Made by a program: the position numbers and the translations under genes | Origin: Candidatus Thalassarchaeaceae archaeon | GTDB taxonomy: Archaea; Thermoplasmatota; Poseidoniia; Poseidoniales; Thalassarchaeaceae | Direction: 5' to 3' | NCBI GenBank assembly: GCA_045568075.1 | Contig: JBJLBP010000001.1 | Coordinates: 1,170,001 to 1,202,000, forward strand | Length of the DNA stretch: 32,000 nucleotides | Part shown: piece after piece, positions 29,013 through 32,000 of the stretch | Layout: every line of letters begins with the position of its first letter | How positions within the stretch are numbered: the first letter of the stretch is position 1 | The notes under the pieces: generated by a model | Told to the model about the DNA's origin: nothing | The model's input: only the letters and a program-made list of their open reading frames with translations | Database searches by the model: none

Positions 29013-30323
29013 ATGTCAAATCGAATGTTCAAATTGCCGGATATCGGAGAAGGAGTTGTAGAAGGCGAGGTCGTGCAGTGGCACGTCTCGGTCGGGGATA
29101 TAGTCGCCGAAGACGATGATTTGGTCGATGTGATGACCGACAAAGCGACTGTGACGATTCCTTCGCCTCACGATGGCGAGATTACTGCGTTGCATGGCGG
29201 AGTTGGCGATATGGTAGCTGTTGGCGCAGTCCTAATTGAATTCGATGGCGGCGGTGATTCACCTCCTGCTAAGCCAGCCGAGAAGGCTGCGCCTGAGCCT
29301 GCTCCTGAGCCAACTCCTGAGCCTTCACCTGAACCTGTCGCAGCACCTGCTCCGGCGGCCACAACGACACCAGTGGCGCCCCCACCAGTGCCGGCAATCT
29401 CTGCACCTGCACCGCTTCCTTCTGTCTCCACACCAGCGCCCAGCACTGGTGGCAAGGCGCTGGCGAGTCCTGCTGTGCGCCGACGCGCGCGCGAGGCAGG
29501 AGTCGATCTGAGCGCGGTTCGCGGCAGCGGACCGGCCGGACGCATCCGCCATGCAGACCTAGATGCATTCATCGCCGCTGGTGGAATGGTCCAAGGTGCT
29601 GCACCAGTCGCATATTCGACACGCAGAACCGATGTAGAGGAAATCAAGGTCGTCGGCCTGCGCCGCAAGATCGCTGAAGCAATGACCCTCTCGAAGCGCC
29701 ATATTCCGCACTTCTCTTACTTCGAAGAAATCGATGTAACAGAGTTGGAAGAATTGCGACAGACGCTCAATGCGACACGCTCGCCAGAGCAGCCCAAACT
29801 CACCTATCTACCGTTCATAATGCTCGCACTATCCAAGCTGATGCCAAATCACCCCGAATGCAACGCACACTACGACGAAGCCAATGGTTTGGTTCGCCGT
29901 TATGGGGCAATCAACCTTGGAATCGCTACACAGACCGACCGTGGACTCTTCGTCCCGGTCGTCAAACACACTGAAGCGATGGATGTCTGGCAGGCTGCTG
30001 CAGAGATGCAGCGAGTCTCGGGAGCCGCTCGCAATGGTACCGCAACTCTCGATGACTTGACTGGTTCAACATTCACAATCACCAGCCTCGGACGAGATGG
30101 TGGCCTGGGTGCGACTCCAATCATCAACCACCCAGAGGTCGCTATACTTGGCATCCACAAAGCCCGCGATATGCCTGTGGCGCGCAAGGGCGATATCGTA
30201 GTCCGCCGTATCATGAACGTCTCGAGTTCATTCGATCACCGAATCGTCGATGGAGCCAATGGAGCAGCTCTGGTGCAGTCTCTCAAGCGTATGCTTGAGC
30301 ATCCTGCAATGATCTTCATGTGA
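29013..30323 (+). CDS. Dihydrolipoamide acyltransferase (E2)
   Basis: Lipoyl domain with VMTDKATVTIPSP, a Pro/Ala-rich linker, the subunit-binding ASPAVRRRAREAGVDLSAVRGSGPAGRI and the catalytic SSFDHRIVDG. Confidence 0.95.
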   Translation: MSNRMFKLPDIGEGVVEGEVVQWHVSVGDIVAEDDDLVDVMTDKATVTIPSPHDGEITALHGGVGDMVAVGAVLIEFDGGGDSPPAKPAEKAAPEPAPEPTPEPSPEPVAAPAPAATTTPVAPPPVPAISAPAPLPSVSTPAPSTGGKALASPAVRRRAREAGVDLSAVRGSGPAGRIRHADLDAFIAAGGMVQGAAPVAYSTRRTDVEEIKVVGLRRKIAEAMTLSKRHIPHFSYFEEIDVTELEELRQTLNATRSPEQPKLTYLPFIMLALSKLMPNHPECNAHYDEANGLVRRYGAINLGIATQTDRGLFVPVVKHTEAMDVWQAAAEMQRVSGAARNGTATLDDLTGSTFTITSLGRDGGLGATPIINHPEVAILGIHKARDMPVARKGDIVVRRIMNVSSSFDHRIVDGANGAALVQSLKRMLEHPAMIFM

Positions 30324-30332
30324 GGTGAAAGA

Positions 30333-31769
30333 ATGGTTGACACTCGTAAATGTAAGGTTCTCGTTGTTGGAGCAGGACCCGGAGGCTATGTCGCAGCAAT
30401 TCGCAGCGCTCAGCTCGGATTGGACACTGTAATTGTCGAGGGAGACAAAGCGGGCGGAACTTGCCTGATTCGCGGATGTATCCCGAGTAAGGCGATTATT
30501 CACGCTGCTGAGCGCTTTGAGGCGTTGCAACAACACGCCGGCGAAGGCGGTCACATGGGAATGTCTGTAGGAGCAGAACCGGAATTAGACATGGCCGCGC
30601 TTGTCGATTGGAAGGATGCTATCGTCACCCGACTCAACAAAGGTGTCGAGTCTCTACTCAAAGGAGCGGGGGCCGAGCTAGTGAAGGGGTGGGCGACTTT
30701 CACCGGCCCGAAGAAATGCACCGTTGAAACAAGTGACGGGGCGGTCGAAATCGAGGCGGAGAACGTCATCATCGCCACCGGCTCCAGTCACATCGACCTT
30801 CCATTCATGCCTTGTGACGAGAAATTCATCCTCTCTTCCACCGGAGCCCTAGATCTACAGAATCTACCAAAGTCAGCAGCCATCGTTGGTGGCGGCTACA
30901 TCGGCCTCGAACTCGGCTGCGCTCTGAGCAAACTCGGTACCGATGTAACGGTCGTCGAAGGAATGGATTCGATTCTCGGAATCATGGACAAAGAGATTCG
31001 CCGACCGCTCGAAATCTGGCTTAAGAGACACAAGGTCACAATCCACACCAACGCCCTAGCCCGTGGCACCGAAATCAAGGGAAAGGGAGCTAGTCGCAAA
31101 GCTCACCTGACATTTGAGAAGGATGGCGAAGAGCAGACTATCAAGGTCGACAAGGTGCTTGTAACCGTTGGACGCCGCCCCAATACCAAGGGATGGGGAA
31201 TAGAGAATATGGGGGTGCGAATGGATACCGGTGGCCGCTTCATCCGAATCGACCGTCAGTGCCGTACCAACGTTCCCGGCGTCTATGCAATTGGAGATGT
31301 CGCCGGCGAGCCAATGCTCGCCCACAAGGCATCAGCACAGGGCGAGATGGTCGCTGAGATCCTCGCCGGTCACCACCGAGAATTCGACAAGGTAGCAATC
31401 CCAGCAATCGTCTTCACTGAGCCAGAAATCGTCTCAGTCGGCCTATCTCCCGACGAAGCAAAGGAGCGAGGAGAGCAGATAATCACCGGCAAGTTCCCAC
31501 TCGCCGGGAATGGACGTGCACTCACGCTCGAAGCGGAGAAAACGGGTGGGTTCATCCGCGTCACTGCGCGTGAGTCCGACCACGTGATACTTGGAATTCA
31601 AGCCGTGGGAAGCCACGTGGCTGAACTCCATGGAGAATTTGTTCTTGCCCTTGAAATGGGCGCACTGCTCGAAGACATCGCAGACGTAGTACACGCTCAC
31701 CCGACGATGACAGAGGCCTTCCATGAAGGAATCCTCAAGACACTCGGCCACGCAATTCACGCAGCCTGA
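30333..31769 (+). CDS. lpdA: Dihydrolipoamide dehydrogenase (E3)
   Basis: FAD fold VVGAGPGGY, redox disulfide GGTCLIRGCIPSK, NAD fold IVGGGYIGLE and C-terminal HAHPTMTE. Confidence 0.95.
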   Translation: MVDTRKCKVLVVGAGPGGYVAAIRSAQLGLDTVIVEGDKAGGTCLIRGCIPSKAIIHAAERFEALQQHAGEGGHMGMSVGAEPELDMAALVDWKDAIVTRLNKGVESLLKGAGAELVKGWATFTGPKKCTVETSDGAVEIEAENVIIATGSSHIDLPFMPCDEKFILSSTGALDLQNLPKSAAIVGGGYIGLELGCALSKLGTDVTVVEGMDSILGIMDKEIRRPLEIWLKRHKVTIHTNALARGTEIKGKGASRKAHLTFEKDGEEQTIKVDKVLVTVGRRPNTKGWGIENMGVRMDTGGRFIRIDRQCRTNVPGVYAIGDVAGEPMLAHKASAQGEMVAEILAGHHREFDKVAIPAIVFTEPEIVSVGLSPDEAKERGEQIITGKFPLAGNGRALTLEAEKTGGFIRVTARESDHVILGIQAVGSHVAELHGEFVLALEMGALLEDIADVVHAHPTMTEAFHEGILKTLGHAIHAA

Positions 31770-31796
31770 GGCGAGGAAGAAAACGAGGCAACAAAG

Positions 31797-32000
31797 ATGC
31801 GACCGCTACGCATCCTTCTAGCAGGAATCGAACCGCACACAGCGGTCGACGAAGCGATGCGAATCATGCAGCAACAGCGTATCAACGATGAGATCCCCGA
31901 TACGCTAATTCTCGTCCAACACCCAGAAGTCGTAACTCTTGGACCAAAGGCGAAGCGCGATGGGGCTTTGGAAGACCCAGCATTAGCAGATTACTCTACG
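31797..32000 (+). CDS. lipB: Octanoyltransferase / lipoate-protein ligase B family, 5'-partial (truncated by the window end)
   Basis: My own translation from ATG 31797 gives MRPLRILLAGIEPHTAVDEAMRIMQQQRINDEIPDTLILVQHPEVVTLGPKAKRDG... The reading frame stays open to position 32000. The pattern resembles the LipB N-terminus (L.LG...Y....M.........D.IWLVEH.PV.T.G). Confidence 0.6.
   Translation, partial: MRPLRILLAGIEPHTAVDEAMRIMQQQRINDEIPDTLILVQHPEVVTLGPKAKRDGALEDPALADYST

Noticed and set aside
29168-29668. A cluster of overlapping ORFs (166, 99, 91 and 75 aa) on both strands within the E2 gene
   Set aside because: They coincide with the GC-rich Pro/Ala linker of E2 (PAEKAAPEPAPEPTPEPSPEP...). 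The translations are Arg/Ala/Gly-rich runs, which is typical of spurious frames in GC-rich low-complexity DNA.

Overview
The window holds about 19 protein genes, one tRNA and one unusually long GC-rich non-coding gap. I found no CRISPR array, transposase, integrase or rRNA.

The source is probably an uncultured marine archaeon resembling Marine Group II/Poseidoniales. This is an inference only. It rests on an XPD/Rad3 Fe-S helicase, a COG1078-type HD hydrolase, an archaeal-looking class II tRNA-Leu, Shine-Dalgarno-led operon-internal genes, and huge sequon-rich surface proteins with thrombospondin-type-3 repeats.

Layout:
- 7-2805: an amino-acid ABC importer whose permease is fused to an extracytoplasmic 7-bladed beta-propeller, plus its ATPase.
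- 2862-5679 (minus strand): gdhA and an HD phosphohydrolase.
- 5865-6230: a tandem ribbon-helix-helix protein.
- 6231-6587: a hairpin-dense GC-rich gap, a candidate structured RNA of unknown family.
- 6588-12119: a pseudo-REC/REC/PPDK_N ATP-grasp protein, XPD and a small ORF.
- 12151-24108 (minus strand): a two-gene surface locus covering more than a third of the window. The 2979-aa protein carries about 19 TSP3-like Ca-binding motifs, a transglutaminase-like core, 14 or more Ig-like domains, a TM helix and a DUF4129-like cytosolic tail. The 980-aa protein is a beta-sandwich protein with a TM helix and an acidic tail.
- 24242-25514: tRNA-Leu(UAA), folB and a PTR1-like reductase.
- 25688-32000: lipA-E1alpha-E1beta-E2-E3-lipB, a complete 2-oxoacid dehydrogenase plus lipoylation module.

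Best candidates for undescribed biology are the surface locus, the propeller-permease fusion, the REC-regulated ATP-grasp enzyme and the unassigned structured gap. All domain calls come from reading motifs by eye. No searches were run.
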